DNA of 64,000 nucleotides, taken from assembly GCA_964598995.1 (NCBI GenBank), contig CAZRDR010000021.1:537-64536 (forward strand). Reading direction: 5' to 3'. Shown here piece after piece: positions 29,536 through 40,114 of this stretch. Numbering within the stretch: the first letter of the stretch is position 1; every line of letters starts with the position of its first letter. This stretch comes from an uncultured Gammaproteobacteria bacterium. Its GTDB lineage: Bacteria > Patescibacteriota > Microgenomatia > Levybacterales > UBA12049. Under the pieces are notes generated by a model, which did not search any database, was not told the DNA's origin, and worked only from the letters and a program-made list of their open reading frames with translations. Position numbers and translations under genes: made by a program.

Positions 29536-31012
29536 ATTTGCTTAAAACTTGGTTTACGCCTTGGGCGAGCGTCTGAATAGCTGTCTGACCGGATGTACTT
29601 CCATTTGAACGGACTGCATTACCTAAGTATCCGTTCATTTGATCATTAATGCCATCGTCATACGTATTGCTCACGAAATAAGATGAGACAGCATAATTTG
29701 CCTGTTCTAAGAAAGGCGCTAAGAGTGGATTACTCTTAACAGTCTGGGCAAGATCACGACGGGGATATGGCTCTCCAAATAATCTCGTCTTGGCTGTCTC
29801 GGTATAGAGTTTTTGAAGCGTCTCTTTCTGAGCCAGATACTTCATAAATAACATTGCTTCTTTTTGATGAGGGGAACGAGATGATACGCCTTCTACCCAG
29901 TAACTCGCGAGTGTCTTCTGACCTCCCGGAAGATTTGGGACAGGGTGAACGCTAAAATTTAGCGTTGGGTTAAGAGCTTTTATAGCAAAGATATCCCAGG
30001 AGTAACCAAAGTACATCGCTAAATTACCTTTAGCAAAAGCTGTCTGGGTCGGATCAAGAGTACTATCCCAGACACTCCCCTCGTCTTTAGCGAAGGCTGT
30101 ATAGAATTCGAGAGCTTGTGCAGCATTATTCTGTGTTTTGGAGAAGTTGGTAAAATCAGTTCCATTTTGCGCCATCAGAAGGGCTATGATATCGGGAGCA
30201 TGTGTAACATTATCATAAGTTCCTAAACCTGCACCTGCCGTTAAAATCTTGCCATCAGCATCTTTAACAACTCTATCTTTAGCTACCTTTATGAATTCAT
30301 CCCACGTCTTTGGCACACTATTACCCCCTGCGCTCAACGCATCATTATTTACAAAAAGTGCGAGAGTGTCTATTTCTAACGGGACGCCATAAAGTCCACC
30401 ATTACGAACGAGATCCTGCTGAATGACTGGATAAAAATTGGCTTTAAAATCTGTCGGCGACATAACATCTGCGGTCATAGTCGAAAGATATGGCTTCATC
30501 ATCCCTACCCATGAATTGTGGAACCTATACATATCGGGACCGTTGCCATTGGTTATTTGTGTAACTAAGCTTTTACGATAATCTTTAATGTCTTTCTGAA
30601 TATAATTAATAGTGATGAGCGGATGCTGAAGATGGAAATCATCTATAAGTGTCTGCATTACTTGCTTGTTTTCAAAAAGTCCCCAGTACGTAAGCGTTAC
30701 TGGTTGATCCTTAGGAGTTGATTTGAATCGCGGCAGAACGAGAAATATGATAGCAAGGACTATAAGAAGTACCCCAACTACGATCCCTGCAATTTTTAGA
30801 ATACCCCCAAATCCAGATGATGAAGGAGGTTTAGGTAAGACGGTATCTGTTGGCGGAGGCGGTGTACCTACTGTTGCGGCAGGCTGGGCAGGTGGTGGAG
30901 GTGGTGTCTGAGGCACGACCGGAGCTGCCACCGGTTGTTGCGGTGGTGTCGTGGGCGTAACAGGTGGAGGTGACTGTTGGGAATCTTTGGAAAAGATAAC
31001 ATTTTCGTCCAT
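29525..31012 (-). CDS. Membrane-anchored extracellular solute-binding protein (sugar-binding family 1-like)
   Basis: Pro-rich N-tail and TM, then VTLTYWG, GPD, LYGVP..DTLALFVN, PKTWDEF, FAKGNLAMYFG. The ORF track gives the start as 31051. Confidence 0.85.
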   Translation of the reverse strand: MDENVIFSKDSQQSPPPVTPTTPPQQPVAAPVVPQTPPPPPAQPAATVGTPPPPTDTVLPKPPSSSGFGGILKIAGIVVGVLLIVLAIIFLVLPRFKSTPKDQPVTLTYWGLFENKQVMQTLIDDFHLQHPLITINYIQKDIKDYRKSLVTQITNGNGPDMYRFHNSWVGMMKPYLSTMTADVMSPTDFKANFYPVIQQDLVRNGGLYGVPLEIDTLALFVNNDALSAGGNSVPKTWDEFIKVAKDRVVKDADGKILTAGAGLGTYDNVTHAPDIIALLMAQNGTDFTNFSKTQNNAAQALEFYTAFAKDEGSVWDSTLDPTQTAFAKGNLAMYFGYSWDIFAIKALNPTLNFSVHPVPNLPGGQKTLASYWVEGVSSRSPHQKEAMLFMKYLAQKETLQKLYTETAKTRLFGEPYPRRDLAQTVKSNPLLAPFLEQANYAVSSYFVSNTYDDGINDQMNGYLGNAVRSNGSTSGQTAIQTLAQGVNQVLSKYGQ

Positions 31013-31065
31013 AAGGGCGTTATGTATAGTATAATACGTGCTATACACCATAGCAATTCATCTAT

Positions 31066-32502
31066 ATGATTAACCCCTCTCCTCTTCACCACTTACGAAA
31101 AAAGCCGAAGCTTTTTGCGTGGTTAAAAACCACACTTTGGTTCTTCTTAGGCGCTATCATCGGCATTTTTTTCTTCAGCAGCTTCGTCTATATTTACTAT
31201 AAGCAGACCTACCACGATAAAGTCTATCCAGGTGTCATTATTAATAACGTCGAATTCGGTGGCAAATCAAAAGATGACGTCAGACGCTACTTCGCGTCCC
31301 AAAATGCCATTATCAGGAGTAAGCAATTCCAATTTAAGAGTGGAACACTCGTCGCAACTGTCTCAGCCAAACAATTAGGCCTCGGCTACGACGAGGGAAT
31401 GCTTGCATCGCAAGCCTTTAGCATCGCTAGAAGCGGAAATTTCTTTTCAGATATCTATCTCAGCTTTGAAGCCTACTTACACGGAGTAAAACTCCCACCT
31501 GCCTCTCATTACTCTGATACTGCTCTCAATAAAACACTCAAACAATTCCAATCTGCCCTCAACGTCGCTCCGATTGATGCTCGCTTCACGTATACCAATG
31601 GGAGAGTAACTGAGTTCAGAACTGCCAAAGATGGACAACAGGTCGATACTGACCAGCTCATTAATTACATGCAAAATGAAAGTGTCCCAGCACTTTTAGC
31701 GACTTCCAACTCGACACTCGCAGTAGCAATTCCTATTGTTACGCTCAAACCAACTGCCAGTAGCAGTATCCAAGCAAGCAACATGGGTATTGTTGAGCGA
31801 ATTGGCGTCGGGACATCACTTTTCCATGGATCAATTCCAAATCGTATTTATAATATTCAGCTCGCTGCATCACGCTTAAATGGAATTCTTATTAAGCCTG
31901 GTGAGACCTTTTCATTTGATAAAGCAGTTGGTGATGTCTCATCATTAACTGGTTACAAGCAAGCCTATGTTATCCAAAATGGGAAAACTGTACTCGGAGA
32001 CGGCGGCGGTGTGTGTCAGGTCTCAACCACATTCTTCAGAGCTGCTCTTGATGCCGGTATGCCTATCGTTGAACGTCACCCACATGCCTACCGTGTTCAT
32101 TATTATGAGGAAGATACTCCACCAGGAATTGATGCAGCCATTTATACACCTAATGTCGATCTGAAATTCAAAAATGATACAGGGCATTATATCCTTGTTC
32201 AGTCATATGTCGATCCGGATAACGAACAGCTCACGTTCGAACTCTACGGTACATCAGATGGCAGGGTATCCCATGTCTCAACACCTGTCATTGTCTCTCA
32301 GACCCCAGCACCTGAACCACTCTACCAGGATGATCCGACTCTTCCACAAGGACAGGTTAAACAAGTTGATTTCGCAGCCGCTGGTGCTAAAGTTTATTTT
32401 GATTACTCAGTCACCAAGGATGGAAAAGAAATCATTTCCGATCGTTTTACTTCTAACTATCAGCCATGGCAAGCAGTCTTTTTACGCGGCACGAAAGTCT
32501 AA
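31066..32502 (+). CDS. VanW-family protein with peptidoglycan-binding region
   Basis: NRIYNIQLAA, IKPGETFSF, GGGVCQVSTT, DLKFKNDT; N-terminal TM. Confidence 0.9.
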   Translation: MINPSPLHHLRKKPKLFAWLKTTLWFFLGAIIGIFFFSSFVYIYYKQTYHDKVYPGVIINNVEFGGKSKDDVRRYFASQNAIIRSKQFQFKSGTLVATVSAKQLGLGYDEGMLASQAFSIARSGNFFSDIYLSFEAYLHGVKLPPASHYSDTALNKTLKQFQSALNVAPIDARFTYTNGRVTEFRTAKDGQQVDTDQLINYMQNESVPALLATSNSTLAVAIPIVTLKPTASSSIQASNMGIVERIGVGTSLFHGSIPNRIYNIQLAASRLNGILIKPGETFSFDKAVGDVSSLTGYKQAYVIQNGKTVLGDGGGVCQVSTTFFRAALDAGMPIVERHPHAYRVHYYEEDTPPGIDAAIYTPNVDLKFKNDTGHYILVQSYVDPDNEQLTFELYGTSDGRVSHVSTPVIVSQTPAPEPLYQDDPTLPQGQVKQVDFAAAGAKVYFDYSVTKDGKEIISDRFTSNYQPWQAVFLRGTKV

Positions 32503-32975
32503 TGGATCAGTTGTTACTACCAACTCAGGCAGCAAATCTCTCAGCATTCCTTACCCAACAGAATAAATCGGTGGTTCTCGTCGGCGGCTGCTTTGATATT
32601 ATCCACCCTGGCCATCTAGCTTTTTTAGAAAAAGCCAAGAAAGAAGGGGATGTCCTCATCTTACTTCTTGAATCAGATCAAGCAGTTACCTCGCGAAAAG
32701 GCGAGGGGCGACCAGTTAACACAGAACAAATACGAGCGAAGAATTTATTGGAACGAACACCAGTCGACTATATCATCTTTCTGCCTTTTCCCTTTGAAAA
32801 TAATGACTATGACGAACTTGTAAGTTCATTAAAACCTGCTATAATCGCAACAACGAAAGGTGATCCGTATCTCGTGCATAAAAAACGCCAAGCCGAGATG
32901 CTAGGTGCAACAGTTGTTGAGGTAATCGATAGATTACCAGATCACTCGACAACTGCTATTATTACTAAACAATGA
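32502..32975 (+). CDS. Cytidylyltransferase-family (HIGH-type) protein
   Basis: GGCFDIIHPGH, RKGEGRP, STTAII. ATG 32502 overlaps the VanW stop. Confidence 0.85.
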   Translation: MDQLLLPTQAANLSAFLTQQNKSVVLVGGCFDIIHPGHLAFLEKAKKEGDVLILLLESDQAVTSRKGEGRPVNTEQIRAKNLLERTPVDYIIFLPFPFENNDYDELVSSLKPAIIATTKGDPYLVHKKRQAEMLGATVVEVIDRLPDHSTTAIITKQ

Positions 32976-33430
32976 CCAAATATATTTTAGGCTTTATCAT
33001 TTTTGTTATCGTCGGAGCACTTATTATCGTGCTTTTAAGCTCAAGTGGCATTCTTGGCAAAAAAGCTACCGCAACACTTAATGGTCAGAAAGTAACTCTT
33101 GATGTAGCCAATACTGAAAAGCTCCGTGAGACTGGACTCTCAGGGCGAAACAACTTAAACGATAACCAAGGTATGCTTTTCCTTTTCGATGAGCCTGGAA
33201 TTCCTACGTTCTGGATGAAGGGAATGAAATTCCCAATCGATATTATTTTCTTAAATAGTAATAAGATCGTCACTATCTATAAAAATGTCCCAGCGCCTAA
33301 GACTACAACTGAGACACCGAATACCTACTACCAGCCAACCTATCCATCAGATAAAGTTATCGAATTAAAGGCTGGTGCAAGTGACAAATACAATCTTCAC
33401 CAAGGTGACACCATCAATCTGTCTCTATGA
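32972..33430 (+). CDS. DUF192-family protein
   Basis: GLSGR, GMLFLF, FWMKGMKFPIDIIF, VIELKAG. Confidence 0.9.
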   Translation: MTKYILGFIIFVIVGALIIVLLSSSGILGKKATATLNGQKVTLDVANTEKLRETGLSGRNNLNDNQGMLFLFDEPGIPTFWMKGMKFPIDIIFLNSNKIVTIYKNVPAPKTTTETPNTYYQPTYPSDKVIELKAGASDKYNLHQGDTINLSL

Positions 33431-34470
33431 CGATACTCGGCATCGAAACCTCTTGCGATGAGACAGGGGTTGCCCTCCTCAAAAAAGAAGGTACTACTAT
33501 CTCTATTCTTTCTAATATCGTTGCATCATCACTCTCTTTCCATGCTAGAACTGGTGGTATTATCCCTGAAGTCGCTGCACGTGAACAGGTAAAAGTTATG
33601 CTGCCGACACTCACTGGGGCATTAAAACAAGGATTAGATTTCGATATTACGTCAAAGCAAATTCCTGACATCGATGCTATTGCTGTTACATATGGCCCAG
33701 GTCTCATCGGCTCACTATTAGTTGGTGTCGAGACAGCTAAAACGCTCTCACTCCTCTGGGACAAACCTTTAATTCCTGTTAATCATATGCACGGACACCT
33801 CTATGCTAACTGGATAGAAAACACTGATATTCAGTTCCCATCCCTCGTTCTCATCGTATCTGGCGGCCATACTGATCTCCTTTTACTCAAAAACCATGGC
33901 GATATTGAGGTAATCGGAGGTACTCGAGATGACGCAGCTGGTGAGGCATTTGATAAAATCGGCAGACTGCTTAACTTTCCCTATCCTGCTGGTCCTAAGA
34001 TCTCACAACTTGCAAAAAAAGGAAATCCAAAAGCTTATGCTCTCCCTCGTCCGATGCTAAGTAGTGACGATTTCGACTTTAGTTTTAGTGGTCTTAAAAC
34101 CTCTGTTCTCAATCTCATTAAGAAAAATGGCTGGGATTTCTCAGATGAGAATTTCAGACAACAGAACGAACAACTCCTCTCAGATCTCTGCGCGAGTGTC
34201 GAGCAGGCAATTGTCGATGTCTTAGTCAAAAAAACACTCAAAGCAGCCGAGAAATACCAAGTCAAATCACTTCTTCTTGGTGGAGGCGTCAGTGCTAATA
34301 AGAAATTACGGGATACATTTACTAACCAAACACCAGAGAATATCAAGCTCGCTGCTCCATCACCTAAGCTCTGTACTGACAATGGTGCGATGATAGCCGC
34401 CGACGCATTTTTTGCTAAGCCAGCAGCAAGTTGGAAGGACGTCGACGCAGATCCTAGCCTCTATTACTGA
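33427..34470 (+). CDS. tsaD: tRNA N6-threonylcarbamoyltransferase
   Basis: LGIETSCDET, GGIIPEVAAR, HMHGH, SGGHT, DDAAGEAFDK, CTDNGAMIA. Confidence 0.97.
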   Translation: MTILGIETSCDETGVALLKKEGTTISILSNIVASSLSFHARTGGIIPEVAAREQVKVMLPTLTGALKQGLDFDITSKQIPDIDAIAVTYGPGLIGSLLVGVETAKTLSLLWDKPLIPVNHMHGHLYANWIENTDIQFPSLVLIVSGGHTDLLLLKNHGDIEVIGGTRDDAAGEAFDKIGRLLNFPYPAGPKISQLAKKGNPKAYALPRPMLSSDDFDFSFSGLKTSVLNLIKKNGWDFSDENFRQQNEQLLSDLCASVEQAIVDVLVKKTLKAAEKYQVKSLLLGGGVSANKKLRDTFTNQTPENIKLAAPSPKLCTDNGAMIAADAFFAKPAASWKDVDADPSLYY

Positions 34471-34507
34471 TTTGTAATTCTATCTGCTCGTTGTATAATT
34501 TGAACAA

Positions 34508-34984
34508 ATGAATAACCTTACCGAAAAAGCGAAAGACATTATTCAAAATATCCTCTATATTACAATTGCTACTTCTTCAACAGATGGACAACCTTGGAAT
34601 ACTCCAGTGTATGCAGCTTATGATGACGAGTTCAACTTCTATTGGGCATCTGACAAAAATGGAAAACATTCAAAGAATATTGCAGAGAATAATAAAATTT
34701 TTATTGTAATTTATGATTCAAATGCACCTCTAGGTACGGGTGAAGGTGTCTACATCCTCGCCAAAGCACATAGTCTTTCACAAGAAGATGAAATCAAAAA
34801 GGGTCTTGAATTATTAGACACAAGGGCAGGAAATGCTCCTGTCAGCAAACCCAATGAATTCCTTGAAGTTTATCCACGACGAATATATAAAGCTATTCCT
34901 GAGAAAATATGGCTTAACGGCGATGGAGAAGTAGATGGAAATTATATCGATATACGAATGGCTGTGGACTTACTTCATAAATAA
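34508..34984 (+). CDS. Pyridoxamine 5'-phosphate oxidase-like FMN-binding protein
   Basis: ITIATSSTDGQPWNTPVY, SKNI..N; split-barrel pattern. Confidence 0.75.
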   Translation: MNNLTEKAKDIIQNILYITIATSSTDGQPWNTPVYAAYDDEFNFYWASDKNGKHSKNIAENNKIFIVIYDSNAPLGTGEGVYILAKAHSLSQEDEIKKGLELLDTRAGNAPVSKPNEFLEVYPRRIYKAIPEKIWLNGDGEVDGNYIDIRMAVDLLHK

Positions 34985-35020
34985 GCATCTTGCCTCGGTG
35001 TGATACAATACCTCTCAACT

Positions 35021-36061
35021 ATGGAAAACCTGCTCATTCTCCTTATCGTTATCATCCTCGGCTTTGGCATAATTATTTATATCCTCAACCGCAAGCTCTC
35101 CGCTCTCTCAAAAAACTCTGCCGACAGCACGATGCTCGAGTGGCTCAAATCCATGCAGACCTCACTTGAGTCGACGAACAAGACGCTCAATTCTGCGATG
35201 CAGCACAATTCATCTGAGATGGTACGAACGCTCCAGGAAAATTCCAAACAACTTAACGAACGACTCGATAAAGCTGCAGCAGTTATTCGTGATGTCGGAG
35301 TTGAAGTCGGACATATGAGTGAAATCGGACGCTCGATGAAAGAATTACAGGAATTCCTCAAAAGTCCAAAAATGCGCGGAAATATCGGTGAGGAAATCTT
35401 AAAAGATCTCATCGCTCAACTCTTCCCTAAGAATAGTTTTCACCTCCAGTACCAATTTAAATCAGGTGAAAAAGTCGATGCGGCTATTAAGACTGATGCA
35501 GGTATCCTGCCAATTGATAGTAAATTCCCGATGGAAAATTATCAGAAGATGATCAAATCAGAAGACGTGAAAGAAAAAGAAGATTACCAAAAAGAATTTA
35601 CCAGAGACGTGAAAAAGCATATCGATACGATTGCTAAAAAATACATTTTGCCTGATGAAGGCACGATGGATTTTGCCCTCATGTATGTCCCGAGCGAATC
35701 AGTCTTTTATGAGTTATGTAATATGTCAGAACTCATGACGTATGCACGTAAAGAACGTGTCTATATAGTGAGTCCCTCAACACTTTATGTACATTTACAA
35801 ACTATCCTCCTCTCATTTGAAGGCAAAAAAATTGAGTCTCGTTCTAAAGAAGTCTTTAGATTACTTCGCGCAATTCAAATAGAGTACGATAAAGTTAATG
35901 AAAATATGGGAGTACTTGGTAAGCATTTGGGTAATGCGTCAGCACAATTCGCTAATGTTACGACAGGTTTTAATCAAATAGGTAACAAATTAGCAGCGAC
36001 GAAGAATCTCGAGGAGCAAGTAGTAGAAGATATCGAACAAACATCTCTCCTCAATAATTAA
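35021..36061 (+). CDS. rmuC: DNA recombination protein RmuC
   Basis: N-terminal TM and coiled coil, RGNIGE, LPIDSKFP, TMDFALMYVPSESVF. Confidence 0.9.
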   Translation: MENLLILLIVIILGFGIIIYILNRKLSALSKNSADSTMLEWLKSMQTSLESTNKTLNSAMQHNSSEMVRTLQENSKQLNERLDKAAAVIRDVGVEVGHMSEIGRSMKELQEFLKSPKMRGNIGEEILKDLIAQLFPKNSFHLQYQFKSGEKVDAAIKTDAGILPIDSKFPMENYQKMIKSEDVKEKEDYQKEFTRDVKKHIDTIAKKYILPDEGTMDFALMYVPSESVFYELCNMSELMTYARKERVYIVSPSTLYVHLQTILLSFEGKKIESRSKEVFRLLRAIQIEYDKVNENMGVLGKHLGNASAQFANVTTGFNQIGNKLAATKNLEEQVVEDIEQTSLLNN

Positions 36062-36762
36062 TATCCTGTAAACTGCTCTTTCTTTAATTGTTCTTTAGCT
36101 ACTCCCATCTCTTCTAACATTTCAGCAATTGTTTCAACACCGCTTGTCGGTCCGCTGATGTAATAGAGTGGCTCCTCAATTTTGTTAACTTGCTTGTTAA
36201 TAATTTTTTCGGTTAGTCTGCCGTGGATAGATGTTGTTAGATAATTAATCGAGATTTTGTTACTCACAGGTGCCTTTAATTCATCATAAAAAACTTCATC
36301 TTCTTTCGTTCTAAAAAATGAGAGAAGTGTAATAGCTGAAGGATAATCTTTCGCAGATAGCAAGATACTGCGGAATGGTGTTATGCCAATACCTAACGAG
36401 ATGAAAACCAATTCATGTTTTTTATCACTCGGCAAAACGAAATTACCAAGTGGTCCCCAAAAATTAACCTCCTCACCTTTGTCTAAACTCATTAACTTTT
36501 TTTTAAAGGGACTGGGGTATGAATCTATTTTTAGCGTGAACATTAGTATATTCTTTTCATGAGGTGATGAAGATATAGACAGGAGACGACTTCTGCCGCG
36601 CATATCGTGCTCGCTAAATTCTAATAATACCCGCATGTACTGACCTGCCTGGAAGGCAAATGTATCATTCTGAGATCTATCAAAATAAAATGAATAGACG
36701 TTGTGAGTAAGTTGCTCTTTCTTAAGAAATGGCAGAGTGAATTCTACCTGAGGCATTAGCAT
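36058..36762 (-). CDS. FAD/NAD(P)-dependent oxidoreductase (FNR family)
   Basis: FQAGQY, RLLSISS, GPLGNF, GIGITPF, YISGP, EQFTGY. Confidence 0.85.
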   Translation of the reverse strand: MLMPQVEFTLPFLKKEQLTHNVYSFYFDRSQNDTFAFQAGQYMRVLLEFSEHDMRGRSRLLSISSSPHEKNILMFTLKIDSYPSPFKKKLMSLDKGEEVNFWGPLGNFVLPSDKKHELVFISLGIGITPFRSILLSAKDYPSAITLLSFFRTKEDEVFYDELKAPVSNKISINYLTTSIHGRLTEKIINKQVNKIEEPLYYISGPTSGVETIAEMLEEMGVAKEQLKKEQFTGY

Positions 36763-36810
36763 GCAAGGATCATAACAAATTCATAAGCCCTTGTGCTAGA
36801 ATAGTCTCCC

Positions 36811-39720
36811 ATGCCCGATACATCAAATCTCAATCCAGAACAATTAGCAGCCGTTACTCATGGCGAAGGTCCTCTTTTAATTATCGCTGGTGCTGGAACT
36901 GGTAAGACAACAGTTGTTACCAAAAGAGTTGAGCACTTAATCCTTGAGAAAAAAATAGATCCAAGTAACATCCTCGCGCTCACCTTCACTGAAAAAGCAG
37001 CCAGTGAGATGGAGACGAGAGTTGATGAGATTCTTCCATATGGCTATAGCTCGCTTTGGATCGAGACATTCCATGCTTTTTGTGACCGTATACTGCGGAG
37101 TGAGGCCATCCATGTTGGTTTGACACCAAATTATGAACTGATGACTGAGACCGAAGCGCTGATGTTCATGCGTAAGCATCTTTTCTCTTTCGACCTCAAC
37201 TACTTTAGACCAATGGGTAATCCGATGAAATTCCTTCAAGGAATGCTCAATCATTTTAGTCGCCTTAAAGATGACGATATTACACCGAGTCAGTACTTAG
37301 ATTATGCCGAAAGACTAAAAGACAAAGACGTCGAGGATGAAGAAAAAATTAAGACCATAGAACTCGCCAAAGCCTTTAAGGTTTATGAGGAGCTAAAAGC
37401 AAAAGAAGGTGTCATGGATTTCTCAGATCTTATTAGTAACGTCCTCCATCTCTTCAGATCTCGAAAAAATATCTTAAAAAAATACCAAGAACAATTTAAA
37501 TATATTTTAGTTGATGAGTTCCAGGACACTAACTATGCCCAAAATGAAATGGCGATCTTACTCGCGGGGAACACTCAGAACATCACCGTCGTTGGCGATG
37601 ATGATCAGAGTATCTATCGTTGGCGTGGTGCAGCCCTTGCTAATATGCTGCAATTTCGCAATCACTTCCCCAAAGCCAAAATCGTAACGCTTAATAAAAA
37701 TTATCGTTCAACCCAAGTCATCTTAGATAGTGCACATCGTATGATCCAGAACAATAACCCTGATCGCTTAGAGGCGAAGGAAGGGATTGATAAAAAACTC
37801 ATCGCAAGTCGAACCGAAAAAGGTGAAGAAATTAAATTTCTCTTTGCTGATAATGCAGAGGATGAAGCGGAATTAGTTGCGAAAGCCATTAAGGATGAAA
37901 TGAAGAAAAATAAACGATCTTTTAATGATTTTGCGATATTAGTTCGTGCCAATGATCATGCACTTCCATTCCAAAAAGTCTTAGAGCGCCAAAAAATTCC
38001 GTCACAATTTTTAGGACCAAGTCATCTTTTTGAGCAAGAGGAAATTAAAGATCTTATCGCATACCTTAAAGTCTTAGCTAACTTTGATGACAATGCATCT
38101 TTCTACCGGGTTATCACGATGCCGATTTTTGATATAGCAGCGCGTGATGTCGCAACAGTTCTTAATTTCGTTAAGAAAAATAACTGTACCATCTTTGAAG
38201 CGATCGAGCAGATCGAAAGTGTTACCGTAACTGATGAAGGTAAAGCGAAGTTCCAACATATTGAGGAAATGATCAAAAAACATCTGAAAGTGATCTCAAC
38301 AGAAGCCGCAGGACAGATACTTTACTATTTCTTCGAAGACTCAGGGCTGTTGGGTTATTATTTAGACCCCAAGACAGTCCGTACTGAAAGAGAAGCACAA
38401 AATGTCTCCAAGTTTTTTAATAAACTCCAGACATTCGCCTCTAATAGAGAGGATGCTTCAGTCTTTGCCGTTGTTGATTGGATCGAACTCTCCATGGAGT
38501 TAGGCGAAAGTCCAATGGCAGCTGAAGTTGATTGGTCACAAGAAGATGCAGTTAACATCCTCACCGTCCACTCAAGTAAAGGCCTCGAGTTCCCAGTCGT
38601 CTTCGTCGTTAATCTCGTGACACAGCGCTTCCCAAGTCGAGACCGAAAAGAACAAATCCCAGTCCCTGGGGATATCATCCGTGAAGAATTACCAACAGGA
38701 GATGAAAATCTTCAAGAAGAACGACGACTTTTCTATGTCGCAATGACACGCGCTCGCGATAACTTATATTTGTCAGCTGCACGATTTTATGGTGAAGGTC
38801 GCCGTGAACGAAAACTATCACCATTCATTGCCGAAGCACTTGGTAGTGAGGTCATCGAGAAAATTGTTAAGAACAAACAAGCTGTCCAAAACACCCAACA
38901 GTTGACGCTACTAGACTTTTTTAATACCAATCATGTTGAGGATAAGAAGGAAGAAGAAATTCCCCAGCCGACTATTCCTCCACTCACCTATCTTTCCTAT
39001 TCTCAACTGCAAACATTTGAGAGTTGCCCACTTCACTATAAACTCCGCTATATCCTCAATGTGCCTACTAGCCCCAGTCCGGCACTCAGTTATGGCGTCA
39101 GTGTACATAGTGCTCTACGTGATTTTATGATATCACTTAAAAGTGATAGATCTACAAAAGCTGAAAGTATGCATGACTTCTTAGAAAAAAATTGGGTCAA
39201 GCAAGGTTATGTCAGTAAAAGCCATGAGCAAAAAGCATTTGACCAAGCCGACAAAATGCTTAAGTCCTTTGCCGAGAATGCCATAGTCGTTCCCCCCCAG
39301 ACACTCGCTATAGAGTTGCCATTTAATTTTTGGCTGAACAAAATAAAAATTGGTGGACGCATCGACCGTATCGATACACTTTCTGATGGCCGCATAGAAA
39401 TTATCGATTACAAAACAGGCGCTAACGTTCCTGATGAGAAAAAGCTCAAAGAGGATTTCCAGTTAACGTTCTATGCACTCGCTGCGACCAATGTTCGTAA
39501 TGAAATCTTTACCAAATCCTGTGATGAGATCGTCCTAACACTTTACTACTTGGAAGCGAATAAAAAACTCTCAACAGTGAGGACTAAGGAAGAACTAGAA
39601 ATCGCCAAAGAAAAGATAATTAAAAAAGCTGAAGAAATTCAGTACAGTGACTTTAAGTGTAGTGGTGCTATTTTCTGTCGGAAATGTGAATATAAAATGG
39701 TCTGCCGCATCCCCAATTGA
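36811..39720 (+). CDS. UvrD/PcrA-family helicase with C-terminal PD-(D/E)XK nuclease domain
   Basis: AGAGTGKT, VDEFQDTN, GDDDQSIY, NYRS, HSSKGLEF, EERRLFYVAMTRA; then SYSQL..CP, GRIDRID, IIDYKTG, QLTFY and terminal cysteines. Confidence 0.93.
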   Translation: MPDTSNLNPEQLAAVTHGEGPLLIIAGAGTGKTTVVTKRVEHLILEKKIDPSNILALTFTEKAASEMETRVDEILPYGYSSLWIETFHAFCDRILRSEAIHVGLTPNYELMTETEALMFMRKHLFSFDLNYFRPMGNPMKFLQGMLNHFSRLKDDDITPSQYLDYAERLKDKDVEDEEKIKTIELAKAFKVYEELKAKEGVMDFSDLISNVLHLFRSRKNILKKYQEQFKYILVDEFQDTNYAQNEMAILLAGNTQNITVVGDDDQSIYRWRGAALANMLQFRNHFPKAKIVTLNKNYRSTQVILDSAHRMIQNNNPDRLEAKEGIDKKLIASRTEKGEEIKFLFADNAEDEAELVAKAIKDEMKKNKRSFNDFAILVRANDHALPFQKVLERQKIPSQFLGPSHLFEQEEIKDLIAYLKVLANFDDNASFYRVITMPIFDIAARDVATVLNFVKKNNCTIFEAIEQIESVTVTDEGKAKFQHIEEMIKKHLKVISTEAAGQILYYFFEDSGLLGYYLDPKTVRTEREAQNVSKFFNKLQTFASNREDASVFAVVDWIELSMELGESPMAAEVDWSQEDAVNILTVHSSKGLEFPVVFVVNLVTQRFPSRDRKEQIPVPGDIIREELPTGDENLQEERRLFYVAMTRARDNLYLSAARFYGEGRRERKLSPFIAEALGSEVIEKIVKNKQAVQNTQQLTLLDFFNTNHVEDKKEEEIPQPTIPPLTYLSYSQLQTFESCPLHYKLRYILNVPTSPSPALSYGVSVHSALRDFMISLKSDRSTKAESMHDFLEKNWVKQGYVSKSHEQKAFDQADKMLKSFAENAIVVPPQTLAIELPFNFWLNKIKIGGRIDRIDTLSDGRIEIIDYKTGANVPDEKKLKEDFQLTFYALAATNVRNEIFTKSCDEIVLTLYYLEANKKLSTVRTKEELEIAKEKIIKKAEEIQYSDFKCSGAIFCRKCEYKMVCRIPN

Positions 39721-39750
39721 TCTTATAGTAATATAGTGGTATAATACTGA

Positions 39751-40111
39751 TATCCCAGGAAGAAGGACCACTACGGTAGGTCGCAAGACTTGTCGAGGAA
39801 AGTCCAGACAGCGCCTATACATGGGATGGAGCGTAAGCTCTGACTAGTAATAGCTAGTGATGATAGATCTTCCCCACATATGGTCTATCAGACGGATCCT
39901 GAATTGACAGGATTTGAGAGCAACAGAGACGAGTGGGTGTGAAACGGGCAATCCTCCCAGCTGCAACTTCCGAGAACTGCGTTACTACTTGTATAGAGGA
40001 GCAGTAAAGTTCGAAGGCATTCCGCCTAAAGCGGAACGACGTGGTAGAAAGCATCACGACGAGAGAGATTGTGGTCTAAAACAGAATCTGGCTTACTACC
40101 TTCCTGGGATA
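39751..40111 (+). ncRNA. rnpB: RNase P RNA
   Basis: P1 helix TATCCCAGGAAG / CTTCCTGGGATA. Conserved GAGGAAAGTCC, GAAACGGGCAATCC and AAACAGAATCTGGCTTA. TGgTATAAT promoter at 39737-39745. Confidence 0.93.
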
Positions 40112-40114
40112 CAA

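Noticed and set aside
31066-32502. Vancomycin resistance locus
   Set aside because: The VanW domain stands alone with no vanHAX or vanRS genes; the family is widespread outside resistance clusters.
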